The notes: generated by a model not told the origin, from the sequence alone. A stretch of 64,000 bases of DNA from Mobula hypostoma (GCF_963921235.1 NC_086097.1:5332001-5396000); one strand, 5' to 3'; positions 1 through 13,100 are shown, counted from the stretch's first letter. Made by a program: numbers and translations.

Positions 1-157
1 TAGCTCTGGGTAGAGCAATCAGATTAAATACTGAATTACTGTCTTCTCACATTTTCTCATTTCCTCTACCTTAAGTATTTATCAATTTTCTTTTCTTTAA
101 GAATGCCAAAAGAACAAATCTCATGTATTTTCTGCGTAGCTTAATTTTTTTTTTCAG

Positions 158-418
158 TTAGAGATACAGCGTTCACTGATCAGCACTGCCCAGCAACCCA
201 CCTGTTAACCCTAGCCTAATTACAGGATAATTTACAAAGACAAAGTAACCTATTAACCAGTACATCTTTGGACTGTGGGAGGAAAGTGGAGCACGCAGAC
301 GAAACCCACATGCACACGAGATCAATGTAGAAACTTTCTTGTAGAGGACACCAGAACTGAACTCTGACACCCCGAGTGGTAATAGCATGGTGGTAACTGC
401 TACACGACTGTGGTGCCC
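158..418 (-). mobile_element. tRNA-derived V-SINE (HE1-like), degraded
   Basis: V-domain-like core TCTTTGGACTGTGGGAGGAAA..GGAGCAC..GAAACCCAC read on +; tRNA-like head at the right end; homologous to copies at 29085, 49250, 51040 and 55303. Confidence 0.75.
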
Positions 419-904
419 TATATGCTCAGATGTTCCAGCAAGCATCCATGTATAATTGTTTTCCTTAATGCAACATTGTAATAATAAAAACTCGTTATTT
501 TTCTCTTTACTGGGAATTTATAGATGTTTTGTAAACTGAACATAACAGATACCATTAATACACTGTTATTTCCCAACTATTTCTCTGGCCATTTCTAATG
601 GGATGTGAGCTCAATTAATAACGTAACCACTGTGTAATGGATAGGACACTTTGTCCATGCTTTTTCCTTCTTCCTTTCCTGTCTTCACTTATTCATTGAT
701 GCTGCCTGATCTTCAGATTTCCTGCAGCATTGTTCTGGTGCAGGGCCCTGTATCTGTCTGTTGTCTGTCTGTAATGTGCATCCTCACTCTGGATTAAGGT
801 AAGTCGTTGCACGGGTTTGAGCAGTGGTTAGTGGACAGCGAGCAGTGTTGGGTGGTGATAGAAATAAATGAATATAGGATCCTGTGAGGATTGGTAGGTG
901 TACC

Positions 905-1790
905 TTCATCTTACCCTTCCTGATCAGCACAATCAGCTCTTTCATCTTACTGATGTTGAGTGCAAGATTGTTGCTGTTGACACCACTCCACTAGTTGGCA
1001 TATCTTGCTCCTGTACACCCCCTCGTCTCCAACTGAGATTCTACCAACAATGGTTGAATCATCAGCAAATTTGAGGATAGTATTTGAGCTAAGCCTAGCC
1101 ACACAGTCATGAGTATAGAGAGAGTACAGCAGTGGGCTAAGCACGCACCCCTGAGGTGCGCCAGTGTTGATCGTCAGCGAGGAGGAGATATTATTACCAA
1201 TCTGCACACATTGTGGTCTTCCAGTTAGGAAGTCGAAGATGCAATTGCAGAGGGAGGTGCAGAGGCCCAGGTTCTGTAACTTACCAATCAGGATTGTGGG
1301 AATGATGGTGTTAAATGCTGAGCTATAGTTGATGAACAGCATCCTGATATAGGTGTTTGTGTTGTCCAGGTGGTTTAAGACCTTGTGAAGAGCCATTGAG
1401 ATTGCGTCTGCTGTTGACCTATTGTGGCGATAGGCAAATTGCAGTGGGTCCAGGTCCTTGCTGAGGCAGGAGTTCAGTCTAGTCATAACCAACCTCTCAA
1501 AGCATTTCATCACTGTCCATATGAGTGCTACCAGGCGATAGTCATTAAGCTAGCTCACATTATTCTTCTCAGGCACTGGTATAATTGTTGCCTTTTTGAA
1601 GCAAGTGGGCACTTCTGCCTGTAGCAGTGAGAGGTTGAAAATGTCCTTGAATTCTCCCGCCAGCTAGTTAGCACAAGTTTTCAGAGCCTTACCAGGTACT
1701 CCATCGGGACCTTCCACCTTGCGAGGGTTCACCTTCTTTAAACACAGCCTAGCATTGGCCTCTGAGACAGAGAACACAGGGTCACCAGGT
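905..1790 (-). mobile_element. Rex1/Babar LINE fragment, RT domain (pseudogenised)
   Basis: ORF 947..1513: [49 protein letters not shown]. Confidence 0.9.
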
Positions 1791-2269
1791 TTATTTTCAA
1801 GTTGTTGCTACACCACTGTTTTTAGCATCCTGTGTTTGTCTAGAGATGGTTTTGTCCTCTATGCAGAATATGTTCAGATCTATTTAAGAAATATTTTGCT
1901 ACATGCAAATTGTAGAGTATAACTCTGACAAGACATAATCAAAGGAATAAAAAGCAGATTGGATTTCTGAAAGGTATGAAATCTTTGGAAGATAGGAAGG
2001 GAATCTAATTAGAAAATAATAGGCTAGAGTTGGAAACCACTTAGCCTTGGAGTAGAAAGGAAGTTAGATGACAGGAAGAATGATAAGAAACAAATATAAC
2101 CATCAAGTGAGCAGCTATAATGAGAAAACTGAGATATTAAAGCAGAAGGTTAAATCAATAAACATGCGTCTGGTAATCAGAGTTATTATAATATTGATTA
2201 AATATAAGTGTCTTACATGAATTCATAGAAGTGGAGGGATAAGATGCTGCATTTTTAATGCCTCCTACA

Positions 2270-2450
2270 GAAGTGAATAAACAGAAGTTGATATTTTGGG
2301 CTGAAACTCTTCCTCTCTCCTGGAGAAGGGCCTTGGCCTGAAACATCGACTGTTTACTCTTTTCCATAGATGCTGCCTGGCCTGCTGAGTTCCTCCAACA
2401 TCTTGTGTGTGTTTCTCTGGATTTCAAGCATCTAAAGATCTTCTCGCCTT
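2270..2450 (+). mobile_element. Penelope-like terminal repeat fragment, partly palindromic, degenerate hammerhead motif
   Basis: CCTGGAGAAGGGCCTTGGCCTGAAACATCGAC followed by GATGCTGCCTGGCCTGCTGAGTTCCTCC; short inverted copy just upstream. Confidence 0.7.
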
Positions 2451-2875
2451 CAGATTTGAACGTAGATTCTAGATTGAAGTTAAAACACAGCTCAGGATAA
2501 TGTTCTTCCTCCAGCTGTAGATTGGGATGATTGCAAACCAGAAAACATTAATTGACCAGAGATGTCTGCATATGCGTGAATGCAACTAGAGAAACAATGG
2601 CAATTAACATTCCATCTAGAATGTCTGGAGTGTTGGTGTGAAGATCTTGATGATTGAAAATTATATGTAACTTAAATGAAACTTTATCAACCCAAAGTAC
2701 TGAAGTAAATGAAGTTATTGTAACCATTGACATTGCATTGGTATTGAGCTGCCATTGATCTTAAAGGTATAAAAATGTGATGTACTTAGAGTTTATGTAG
2801 CCTCTCCTTCCAAAAGCATCATGAGTACGACAGTTGCTTGTGTGTTGAGAAAAAGACTTCCATATCTCCAATTGT

Positions 2876-3010
2876 GGGACAATATGGTAGTGTAGTGGTT
2901 AGCACAACACCCTTGAAGTACTAGCAACCTGGGTCCAACTCCTGCTGCTGCCTCTAAGAAATCTGAATGTTTCCCCATGTCCGTGCGAGTTTCCTCTGGG
3001 AACTCCAAAG
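2876..3010 (+). mobile_element. V-SINE 5' fragment
   Basis: GGTAGTGTAGTGGTTAGCAC A-box-like head, then CGTGCGAGTTTCCTCTGGG core. Confidence 0.6.
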
Positions 3011-3055
3011 GATTGCTAGATAGCATGGCTCAAAGCGTCTACTCACAGCTGTAAC

Positions 3056-3095
3056 AAAACAAACAAACAAACAAACAAACATAAATAAATAAATA
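3056..3095. repeat. (AAAC)n(AAAT)n microsatellite
   Basis: direct reading. Confidence 0.9.
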
Positions 3096-3191
3096 AGTTT
3101 CATTGTCTCTTCAGTGACTTCGTTTACAGTCACAACAGTTGTTATTATCATTGTTGTATGACTTGGGTGATCATGGTCTTTCCGTGATGAT

Positions 3192-4630
3192 GAATTGAAT
3201 TGAATTGAATTGACTTTATTATTTACGTCCTTCATATACACGAGGAGTAAAACTCTTTACGTTACAGCTCTGTCTAAACATACAATGTGCAATTTATAGT
3301 AATTTATAATAAATGGTATGTACAAAAATATAACATAGAAATACAGCTATGTCAGGATGAATTAATCAGTCTGATGGCCTGGTAAGAATAGATGGAGAAG
3401 TGAGTCAGTTTACGAGAATCAAGAGAGGCATTAAACAAGGGTGTGTTTTCTCCCCTGATTTATTTAACATGTACAGTGAAACAATATTACAAAAAAATAA
3501 GAGACATCTTGGGAATCAAAGTTGGTGGTGAAAACATCAGTAATTTCAGATATGCAGATGACACTGTGTTAATTGCAAGTACAGAGGAAGAACTACAAAA
3601 TTTAATTGATATAATTGTTGAAGGAAGTGCAAAAATGGGTCTATCTATCAATTGCAAAAAGACAGAATGTATGGTGATATACAAAAAGAAGGAGAATCCT
3701 ATCTGCAGGCTAAGCATAAATGGGGAAGACATAAAACAAGTACAGAACTTCTGCTACTTAGGAAGCTGGGTGACATCAGATGGCAGGTGCGACACGGACA
3801 TCAAAAGAATAGGGATGGAAAAAGACACTTTTACGAGAATGAAGAGTAGGCTGACCAATACTAAACTAGGCATGACAACCCGCCTCAGAGTACTGAAATG
3901 TTACGTTTATCTAGTCATCTTATATGGCTCAGAATGTTGGACAATATCTAGTAACATAATGAATCGAATTGAAGCAGCAGAAATGTGGGTTTTGAGGAGG
4001 ATGCAAAGAATATCATGGACGAAACAAATATCTAACGAGGATGTCATGAACAGAGCAAGCACAAAAAGAGAAATAATGTATGACATCATGAAAAGGCAAT
4101 GTAACTTCATTGGACATGTGATTAGGAAAGAGGAGTTAGAATGCACAGTAATTATGGGAAAGATTGAAGGGAAGAAAGCAAGAGGAAGACAAAGACAAAT
4201 GATGATGGAGACAGCAGCCAGAGAACTGGAAATGAATACCAATGAATTGATCCACTTGACCCGAAACAGGAGTGTGTGGGCCATGGCATTCAAAGCTCAA
4301 ACTGGGCACGGCACCTGATAATGATGATGATGGCCTGGTGGAAGAAGCCTTTTGGTCCTGGCTTTTATGCTGTCGTACTGCTTCCCGGATAGTTCCAGCT
4401 GGACCAGTTTGTGGTTGGGGTGATGATCCTTAGGGCCTTTTTTACACACCTGTCTTTGTAAATGTCCCGAATAGGGGAAGTTCACATCTACAGATGCCCT
4501 GGGCTGTCGGCATCACTCTCTGCAGAGTCCTGCGATTAAGGAAGGTACAGTTCCCATACCAGGCAGTGATGCAGCTAGTCAGGATGCTCTCAATTGTGCC
4601 CCTGTAGAAAGTTCTCAAGATTTGAGGGCC
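3192..4630 (-). mobile_element. Rex1/Babar 3' end with (CAATT)n tail, interrupted by an RTE LINE
   Basis: GAATTGAATTGAATTGACTTTATT tail; CCATACCAGGCAGTGATGCAGC..AGGATGCTCTC encodes ESIL.SCITAWYG on -. Confidence 0.8.
3384..4330 (+). mobile_element. 5'-truncated RTE-clade LINE (C-terminal RT region) with (GAT)n tail
   Basis: ORF 3443..4318 with RYADDTVLIA, FCYLGS, LYGSECWT, IEGKKARGR and terminal GHGT*; 12-bp TSD TGATGGCCTGGT at 3372-3383 and 4328-4339. Confidence 0.93.
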
Positions 4631-5539
4631 TTTTTCTGGGCATGTCTATACAAGACAGGTGACCCCAGCCACTATGAATACTCTTCAGAGTTTGTCTGTC
4701 TGGCGTCAGTGGTCACCAGGATGTGCGATATTTACCAGGTGTTTAGATGACCATCCACCACCTGCTCCAGTGGCTTCACATGCCCCTGGTGGGATGGTGG
4801 GGGGTGGGGCTAAGCAGGTGCCACACCTTGCCCAAGGGTGACCTGCAGGCTAGCGGAGGCAAGGAGCCCCTTACAGCTCCTGTGGTAGGGACGTATCTCC
4901 ACCCTGCCATCTCTTTCATACGGTAAGATGTTAAAAGTTTAGAATATTCATGGTACTTTAGAAAGCAGAATGGAAGATTGTTCCCAATGCTACTAACAGA
5001 TAATGTGTCATAAATCAGGAAAAGCTTTTTAGTTGGAGTTGAGAACCTGAAAACATTGGAGGCACTAAACTGAAATAAATACAATTGCTATAGGATACTG
5101 GGGAAACAAGGAATAAATGGATGTCAGTTTATTCAAGCAAATAATGAACAAATCACACAAATGGTGGGCATCAGCTAACCACAGTTTTAATTACTGAGAC
5201 ACCCAGTAGGATGACGGTGGGCATGTTTGAGGAAGAGAAAAAATGTTTATGCAATTACTATAGATTGCTTCTTTGAAATGTGTGTTGACATGAATACCGA
5301 ACAAATTATACACTGCAATATTTAACAATTAACTTGAAATGATAAGTTCAGAGTTTGAACAGCAGTTACCACCATGTTACTAATTTTACTAAATTCGCTG
5401 CAGAAAGCTGAACTCAGTAAAATATTGTTTAAACCTTAATTTCCAATTATCAGGCCATTCAGACTGGAGCCCATTACTAGAAGATAGTCACTCATTAATC
5501 CAGGAACGAATTCATGAAAAGCTACTTCACCCACGGGAT

Positions 5540-5830
5540 AGAATCAAAATCAGAATCAAAATCAGGATTAATATCACTGGCATATGTCATGCAATTTATT
5601 GTTTTACAGTAGCAGTATATTGCAATACATAATTTAAATATATATATATATGTAAAATTAGTGGTGGAGAAAAGAAAGCAAAAAAATATAGAGGTAGTGT
5701 ACATGGGTTCATTATCCATTCAGAAACTGATGGCAGAGGGAAGAAGCTGTTCCTAAAGTGTTGAGTGTGCATCTCCAGGCTCCTGTTGGTAGCAATGAGA
5801 AGAAGGCAAGTTCTGGCTGATGGGGGTCCT
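5540..5830 (-). mobile_element. Rex1/Babar 3' tail fragment
   Basis: AGAATCAAAATCAGAATC tail; TGATGGCAGAGGGAAGAAGCTGTTCCT matches 10370-10395. Confidence 0.75.
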
Positions 5831-5899
5831 CTGAGTGGTGATTTTGAGGTTTTAGCTCTTCAAGGCTTCAGTTACAGAAAACAAAATAAGAAAAACTCA

Positions 5900-7745
5900 A
5901 GGTTAAGTTTTTTTTTCTTTCTCCTTCCTTCCCCTTTTGTATCTGGTCAGCTAGGACAGTAGAGATGCCAAGCAGGATAGTGGAATGCGCCTCTGGTGAG
6001 ATGTGGGAAGCAGGGTCTAGTGTCCCTGACGACTATAACTGTGAGAAGTGCATCCAGCTGCAGCTTCTAACAATTGGCGTTAAGGAGCTGGAGCTGGAAC
6101 TGGATGAACTGTGGGTCATTCCGGAGGCTGAAGGAGTGATGGATAGGACATATAGAGAGGTAGTTACCCCTGGCATGCAGGACACTAGGAACTGGGCAAC
6201 AGTGAGGAAGGAGAAATGGGTTAAGGAACTAGTGCAGAGTACCCCTGTGGCCATCCCCCTCAACAACAGGTTTATCAACTTGGATACTGTCGGGGGGAGG
6301 ACCCAACAGAGGAAAGTCACAGTGGTCAGGTCTCTGGCACTGGGTCTGCCTTTGTGACTCAGAAGGGAAGGGGTAGGTGGAGAAAGACATGTTGTGAGGG
6401 GGTTCATTAGTTAGAGGAACAGGCAGGAGATTCTACTGGTGAGACGGAAATTCCCAGAAGGTATGTTGCCTCTTGGGTGCCACGGTCCAAGATGTCTCAC
6501 ATGAAGTCCTCAGTATTCTTAAGTTGGAGGGTAACAGCCAGAAGTCATGGCCTATGAATGTACCGATAACAAGGACAGGAAGAGTGACGAGGTTCTGTAT
6601 AGGGAGTTAGGTGCTAAGTTAAAGGGATACCTGTGCCTTGTGCAGGTGAGGCCAGAACTAGGAAGATTATTGTGGGTGGGGCTTAGGAGATGATGGAGCC
6701 TAATGACGACTCCTTCGCTCGCATCTTCGGAAACATCTCTATTTCTATCTTTAATATCTCTATTTTTCCCTTTCCAGGTTCTTTTGAAGACCCTGACCCG
6801 GAATTACATGCTGACTTCAGTTCTTTGCAGGAATGAGACCCGCTCTCGGGGTCTCACGACTGGCCACTATTCGATATGCCAAGGACGTGGCCTGGAATAT
6901 TAGCACGCCTTCAGGATGTTGGGATTTCATGGCTCTGGAGGCGGGTGGACTCAAGGTCGGTACCACCGCAGGAAATCGGTGTGTCGTGATGCTTTGCTGC
7001 ATGGTTGAGTGCTCGGTGGGGGGGCTGCCAATGCTTTTTTTGCTGGTAGGAAGCGGGGAATTGTTGCTTTGCTGCTGCTTATGTGTGGAAGGGGGAAACT
7101 GGGGGGGGGTGCTTTGGGATTTTAACATTTAACTGCCATTCATTCTTTAAGGGCACTCCTCTGTTTTCGTGGATGTTTGCGAAGGAAAAGAATTTCAGGA
7201 TGTATATTGTATACATTTCTCTGACATTAAATGTACTTTTGAAACCTTTGATTATACAGTTTAACATATGGCTAAGGAGTTGGTGTACGAAGGAGGGCAC
7301 AAGATTTTTGGATTATTGGGCTCTCTTCCAGGAAAGGTGGGACTTGCACAGAGGACTGTTTGCACAGAACTGGGGAGGGACGAATATCCTAGCGGGAAGG
7401 TTTGTTAACGCTGTATGGTGGGATTTAGACTACAGTTGCCAGAAGGATAGGAATCAGAGTGCCAGAGCAGTTAGTGGAGTGGTTGTGGAGGCAGATGTTG
7501 GTAAGACTTCAGACAAAGTTAGGATCAAAATGTTCAGCATGGTGCAACTTATGGAAGAAGTATCGTAGGAAAGGTGGATGATAGTGCTGAAGATGAGGTA
7601 GCTGGTTACAGAGGCAATGCATAGTGAGCAGACATTTTCGATAGGGAAAATTTGCGAAGTAAAAGTCAGACAAAATCGAAAAGCGTGATTACAGGACTGA
7701 AGGTGTTATATTTGAATGTACACAGTGTACAGAATAAAAATAGAT
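5900..7745 (+). mobile_element. CR1 LINE 5' region: ORF1 remnant (Cys motif plus esterase-like part) to the start of the ORF2 endonuclease
   Basis: ORF 5965..6357 (VEC..EMWE..YNCEKCIQLQLL..VKELE..IPLNNRF); FNIWLRSWC..FLDYW in the 7083 ORF; CTGAAGGTGTTATATTTGAAT (LKVLYLN) near 7700. Confidence 0.8.
6671..7249 (+). mobile_element. Non-coding non-autonomous retroposon inserted in CR1 ORF1
   Basis: TSD GATTAT at 6665-6670 and 7250-7255; CpG-rich body; LINE-like tail AAGAATTTCAGGATGTATATTGTATAC..ATTAAATGTAC. Confidence 0.7.
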
Positions 7746-7751
7746 GGGCTT

Positions 7752-10135
7752 AAGACCATAAGATAAAGGAGCAGAAGTAGGCCATTCGGCCCATCGAGTC
7801 TGCACCACCATTCAATCATGGGCTGATCCAATTCTTCCAGTCATCCCCACCCCCCTGCCTTCTCCCCATACCCTTTGTTGCCCTGGCTAATCAAGAACCT
7901 ATCTACCTCTGTGTGAAATACACCCAATGACTTGGACTCCTCAGCCACTCGTGGCAACAAATTCCACAGATTTACCACCCTCTGACTAAAGTAATTTCTC
8001 CACATCTAAGTTCTAAATGGACGTCCTTCAATCCTGAAGTCGTGTCCTCTTGTCCTAGAATCCCCAACCATGGGAAATAACTTTGCCATATCTAATCTGT
8101 TCAGGCCTCTTAACTTTCAGAATGTTTCTATGAGATCTTCCTCATTCTCCTGAACTCCGGGGAATACAGCCCAAGAGCTGCCAGACGTTACTCATACGGT
8201 AGCCCTTTCATTCCTGGAATCATTCTCCTGAATCTTCTCTGAACCTTCTCCAATGTCAGTATATCCTTTCTAAAATAAGGAGCCAAAAACTGCATACAGT
8301 ACTCCCGGTGTGGTCTCACGAGTGTCTTATAGAGCCTCAACATCACATCCCTGCTCTTATATTCTATACCTCGAGAAATGAATACAAACATTGCATTCGC
8401 CTTCTTCACTACTGACTGAACCTGGAGGTTAACCTTTAGAGTATCTTGCACAAAGACTCCCAAGTCCCTTTGCATCTCTGCAGTTTGAATTCTCTCCCAT
8501 CTAAATAATAGTCTGCCCGTTTATTTCTTCCACCAAAGTGCATGAGCACACACTTTCCAATATTGTCTTTCATTTGCCACTTCTTTGCCCATTCCCCAAA
8601 ACTATCTAAGTCTCTCTGTTTTCTCAACACTACCCGCTCCTCTACCTATTTTTGTATTATTAGCAAATTTAGCCACAAATCCATTAATCCCATAGTCAAA
8701 ATCATTGACATATATTGTCTATTGTAAAAAGCAGCGGTCCCAACACCGGCCCCTGTGAAACTCCACTGGTAACTGACAGCCAGCCAGAATAGGATCCCTT
8801 TATTCCCACTCTCCGTTTTCTGCCGATCAGCAATGTTCCACCCATTCTAGTAACTTCCCTTAAATTCCATGGGCTCTTACCTTGCTAAGTAGCCTCATGG
8901 GCAGTGTTTTGTCAAAGGTCTTCTGAAAATCCAAGTACACCACATCTACTGCATCTCCTTTGTCTACTCTGCTTGTAATTTCCTCAAAAAACTGCAGGTT
9001 AGTCAGGCAGGATTTTCCTTTCGGAAAACCATGCTGGCTTTGACCTATCTTGTCATGTGCCTCCAGATACTCTGTAATCTCATCCCTAACAATCAATCAT
9101 CGCTGGACACGGAGCGAAGGCTCCCGAGTTCAAATCCAAGTTGGGCCACCCCCCGAGCATGCTTTCCATCTGTGCTGGGTTGAGCGTCGAGCTAGCCACT
9201 CGGCCTCGTGAAAAAAAAGGTTCGAGTCAGGAACGTTTATATCGTGACCTAGTTAATCTGAAAGGAGACCAATCCTGACACCACGTGCCAGACAAGAATG
9301 GCTGACTGTCTGGTGCGACACATAATAAAAAATAATTATCCAGTACAATAGCAGAATCTATCGATTCTTGAAAGATCATTATTAATGCCTCCGCAATCTC
9401 TCTAGCAACTTCCTTCAGAACCTGAGGGCGCATTCCATCAGGTCCAGGAGATTTATCCACCCTCAGACCATTAAGCTTCCTGAGCACCTTCTCAGTCATA
9501 ATTTTCACTGCACATACTTCACTTCCCAACACATTTGAATGTCCACTGTGAAGACTGATACAAAATGCGCATTCAGTTCCTCTGCCATCTCTGCGTCTCT
9601 CATTACAATATCTCCAGCATCATTTTCTATTGGTCCTATACCTACCCTCAACTCTCTTTTACCTTTTATATACCTAAAAATGCTTAGACATTGGACCTCT
9701 CTTGAGGTCCAGTACTGGTGTGGTTTTTCCAATCCACTTTCATGTTAAAATCCCCAACGATTATTATAACATTGCCCTTCTGACACACCTTTTCTATCTC
9801 CTGCTGTAATTTGTAATCCACATCCCGGCTACTGTTTGGAGACCTGTATACAACTGCCATTAGTGTCCTTTTACCCTGTTATTTCTTAGCCCTTCTACAC
9901 CTTCCAATCCTATGTCATCCCTTTCCAATAATTCAATATTACTTCTTATACACAGGGCCACACCAACCCCTTTGCCTACTAACCTATCGTTCCGATACAC
10001 AGTATACCCTTGGACGTTCAGCTCCCAATGGCAGTTATTCTTTAGCCAAGTTTCAGAGATGACCACAATGTCATACTTGCCAATATGTAGCTGAATTTCA
10101 AGATCATCCAATATATTTCTTATGCTAAGTGCATT
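7752..10135 (-). mobile_element. CR1 LINE ORF2 (EN, RT, 3' tail), internally deleted and frameshifted
   Basis: ORFs LNALSIRN..ISETWL; KSPGPDG; QHGFPKGKSCLTNL..VYLDFQK; QRDLGV..YKTLVRPH; TCTTATGGTCTTA tail. Confidence 0.92.
9096..9336 (+). mobile_element. tRNA-derived SINE inserted in CR1
   Basis: B-box-like GAGTTCAAATCC near 9127; CpG-rich; A-rich end ATAATAAAAAATAA; CR1 sequence on both sides with some CR1 lost. Confidence 0.65.
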
Positions 10136-10782
10136 CAGAATCAGGTTTATTATCACAGGCATGTGATGTGAAATTTGTTAACTTTGCAGCAGCAGTTCAA
10201 TGTAATACATAATCTAGCAGATAAAAAAGTAATAAATAAAATAATAATAAATAAACAAGTAAATCAATTACATATATTGAATGTATTAAAAACATGCAAA
10301 AACAGAAATATTGTATATTAAAAAAAAGTGAGGTAGTGTCCAAAGCTTCAATGTCCATTTAGGAATCGGATGGCAGAGGGGAAGAAGCTGTTCCTGAATC
10401 GCTGAATTTGTGCCTTCAGGCTTCTGTATCTCCTACCTGATGGTAACAGTGAGAAAAGGGCATGCCCTGGGTGCTGGAGGTCTTTAATAATGGACGCTGC
10501 CTTGCTGAGACACCGCTCCATGAAGATGTCCTGGGTACTTTCTGGGCTAGCGCCCAAGTTGGAGTTGACTAGATTTACAACTTTCTGCAGCTTCTTTCGG
10601 TCCTGTGCAGTAGCCCCTCCATACCAGACCGTGATGCAGCCTGTCAGAATGCTCTCCATGGTACAACTATAGAAGTTTTTGAGTGTACTGTATTTGTTGA
10701 CATGCCAAACCTCTCCAGACTCCTAATGAAGCATAGTCACTGTCTGCCTTCTTTATAACTACATCAATATGTTGGGACCAGG
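10134..10782 (-). mobile_element. Rex1/Babar 3' end
   Basis: ORF 10348..10659 MESILTGCITVWYG..HPGHALFSLLPSGRRYRS..NSFFPSAIRFLN; TCAGAATCAGGTTTATT tail. Confidence 0.9.
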
Positions 10783-10914
10783 AAGTGCAGGCGAGGGTGC
10801 CAAGTTGGGAGCCAAGTTTCCCTTAGCTGGGGCGGAGACATTATAGACAAGTTACTCTTGTTTCTGTGGAGTGAGGGGAAAGAATAGTCTGATGTGTAAG
10901 CTCTAATGAGTCCT

Positions 10915-11445
10915 CCAGGAGATAAGGTGAGAGAAGGAAAAGGGGATGCAAAATGTTGAAGGAGAGGGGGGCATTACTGGAAGTTAGAGAAAGCAATGAT
11001 CATGCCATCAGATTGGAGACGACCCAAACAGAATATAAGGGATTGTTCCTACAACCTAAGTGTGGCCTCATCACGACAGTGGAGGAGGCCATGGACGGAC
11101 ATATTGGAATAGGAATGGGAAGTGAAATTAAAATGGGTGGCCACTGGGAGATCCTGCTTCTTCTGCCGAATGGAATGTAGGTGCTCAGCGAAGTGGTCTC
11201 CCAATCTACATTAGGTCTCACCAACGTGCAGGAGGCCACACTGCGAGCAATATATGACCTCAAAAGACTCAAAGGTGAAGTGTCTTCTCATCGGGAAGAA
11301 CTGTTTAGGGCCCTGAATGATAGTGAGAAAGGAAGTGTAGAGGTGTAGTATTTGTCCTGAATAGTAGTGAGGGAGGAGGGACTCCCCATTGATCTCCCTC
11401 CTGGCACTTATCCTTGCAAGTGGAACAAACGCAAGCATGCTATCA
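10915..11445 (-). mobile_element. Penelope-like element, GIY-YIG endonuclease remnant
   Basis: Minus strand reads VIYCSQCGLLHVGET*CRLGDHFAEHL..DLPVATHFN..SHS. Confidence 0.8.
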
Positions 11446-12749
11446 GCAGGACACACTGCTTCTACAGAAAGCTACTAAATGAAATACCCTATAGCATTAG
11501 CAGTAAAAATTGTAACCAGGTCATTACAGCAATATAGGAAAGCTTCAATATAGATAGGAGTGTGGCCAAATACTGGCAAATAGGATTAGTGCAGATATGT
11601 GCCTTTGTAAACATGTGTGAGACGGGCTGAAGTGATTATTTCTATGCTCTATATCTCTAGGACTCAATGACATCTATGTTATGAATTATCTTTTGCAGTT
11701 GAGGTTCATAGTCAAGTAACTATTAGGACAATGTAAGGACAATGTTTTGATATAATCATTTAAGTTGAAGTACAATGTGTTCTTGTGGTGTCAGGAGGTC
11801 TAGAGTTCTCAGACCTGGCCACATCAGGACAAGGCAGTCTTGGCAAATGGGAAATCAAGTGTCTGTCTTCCATTATTCATGAAGGAGAGGAAGCTCTCAC
11901 TGGAGAGGAGAGTATAATGAAAGCCAATAATTCTCTGTGGAATTAATTTCCTAGCTTTGGGAGTGATGAATCAGTATAGATGGAGTCCGATAAATCTCAT
12001 CTCAAAAGATTTGTCATCAGGTGAGATAAACTAGTGAATACTGTTCCTCCAGAGAGAGGAAACTCAGAAGTTCAATTGATCCTTGTAATGGATAGGTACG
12101 TGAGCAACAGAGTGGAGTCAAGGACTGTAATGTAGAACATGGAAAGGAGGTACTTCAAGATGGAAGTTGTGGTATGAGTAATGAACATCTTTGAGAAAGA
12201 AATTTTCTAGTATTAACTGTACAAAAGTCAGTGAGATTTGTGAATCTCTTTATCATGTGGTTGGGTACCAAATAAAACAAATATTGCAATACCCTGCCTC
12301 CACCAGGGTCTTGTCATGTGGACAGCATCCTGTTTGCTGTTTACTATTTACCTGTACTGTGCACTACATTCACTTTGAATTATATTTTATCAACTTACTT
12401 GAGGTAATATTTTGTTTTATGTGTTGTGTACGACATATGTTTTTTGGGTGCACCGTTGTCTGGAGAAACATTCTTGAGCACCTGTGTTTACTAATCATTA
12501 TCTTAACTAGAGCCATTAAGCCCTTGTGTTTTCAGTTTAATCTTATCAAGTTAATTGTGACTGGCACAGATTTCCCACATTCTATCATTTGAAGAGATCT
12601 CTCATTCAGTGCCTTAGTGGAGTCTCCGTGTTGGAGAGAATAATTTGTCTCACAGTGTCCTATGCCTAACCTTTGATTTTTGTCTCCTCTTGTGGATCCT
12701 GCTGTTCCTCCGCTCCTGGGTTGAGTCGTGAGCCTGCTGTCTGGAGCTC

Positions 12750-13100
12750 CTTGATAGAGTGGATGTGGAGAGGATGTTTCTGATGGTGGGAGAGTCTAAG
12801 ACCTGTGGACACTGATTCAGAATAAAGGAGCTTCCTTTTAGAGTGAGGAAGAAGAGTTTCTTTAACCTGAGAGTGGTGAATCTGTGGAACTCTTTGCCAC
12901 AGGCAGCCGTGCAGGTCAAATCTGTAAGTGTATTTAAGGCAGAGGTTGATAGATTCTTGATTGGTCAGGGCATAAAGGGATAAAGGGAGAAGGCAGGAGA
13001 TTGGGGTTGAGAGGAAAATTGGATCAGCCATGATGAAATGGTGGACCAGACACAGTGGGCCAAATGGCCTAATTCTGCTCCTATTTGTTATGATCTTGAT
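12750..13100 (+). mobile_element. CR1 3' end
   Basis: AGAGTGGTGAATCTGTGGAACTCT (RVVNLWNS); GGGCCAAATGGCCTAATTCTGCTCCTAT tail. Confidence 0.85.

Larger units (their letters stand above)
3138..4910 (-). mobile_element. Non-autonomous RTE-related retroposon, split into about 3138-3190 and 4631-4910 by nested insertions
   Basis: Both pieces are the reverse complement of the element at 19764-20158. Confidence 0.75.

Noticed and set aside
11760..12190. Purine-rich stretch that might be coding or an old LINE
   Set aside because: There is no sustained ORF or motif I can identify, so it is left unannotated.
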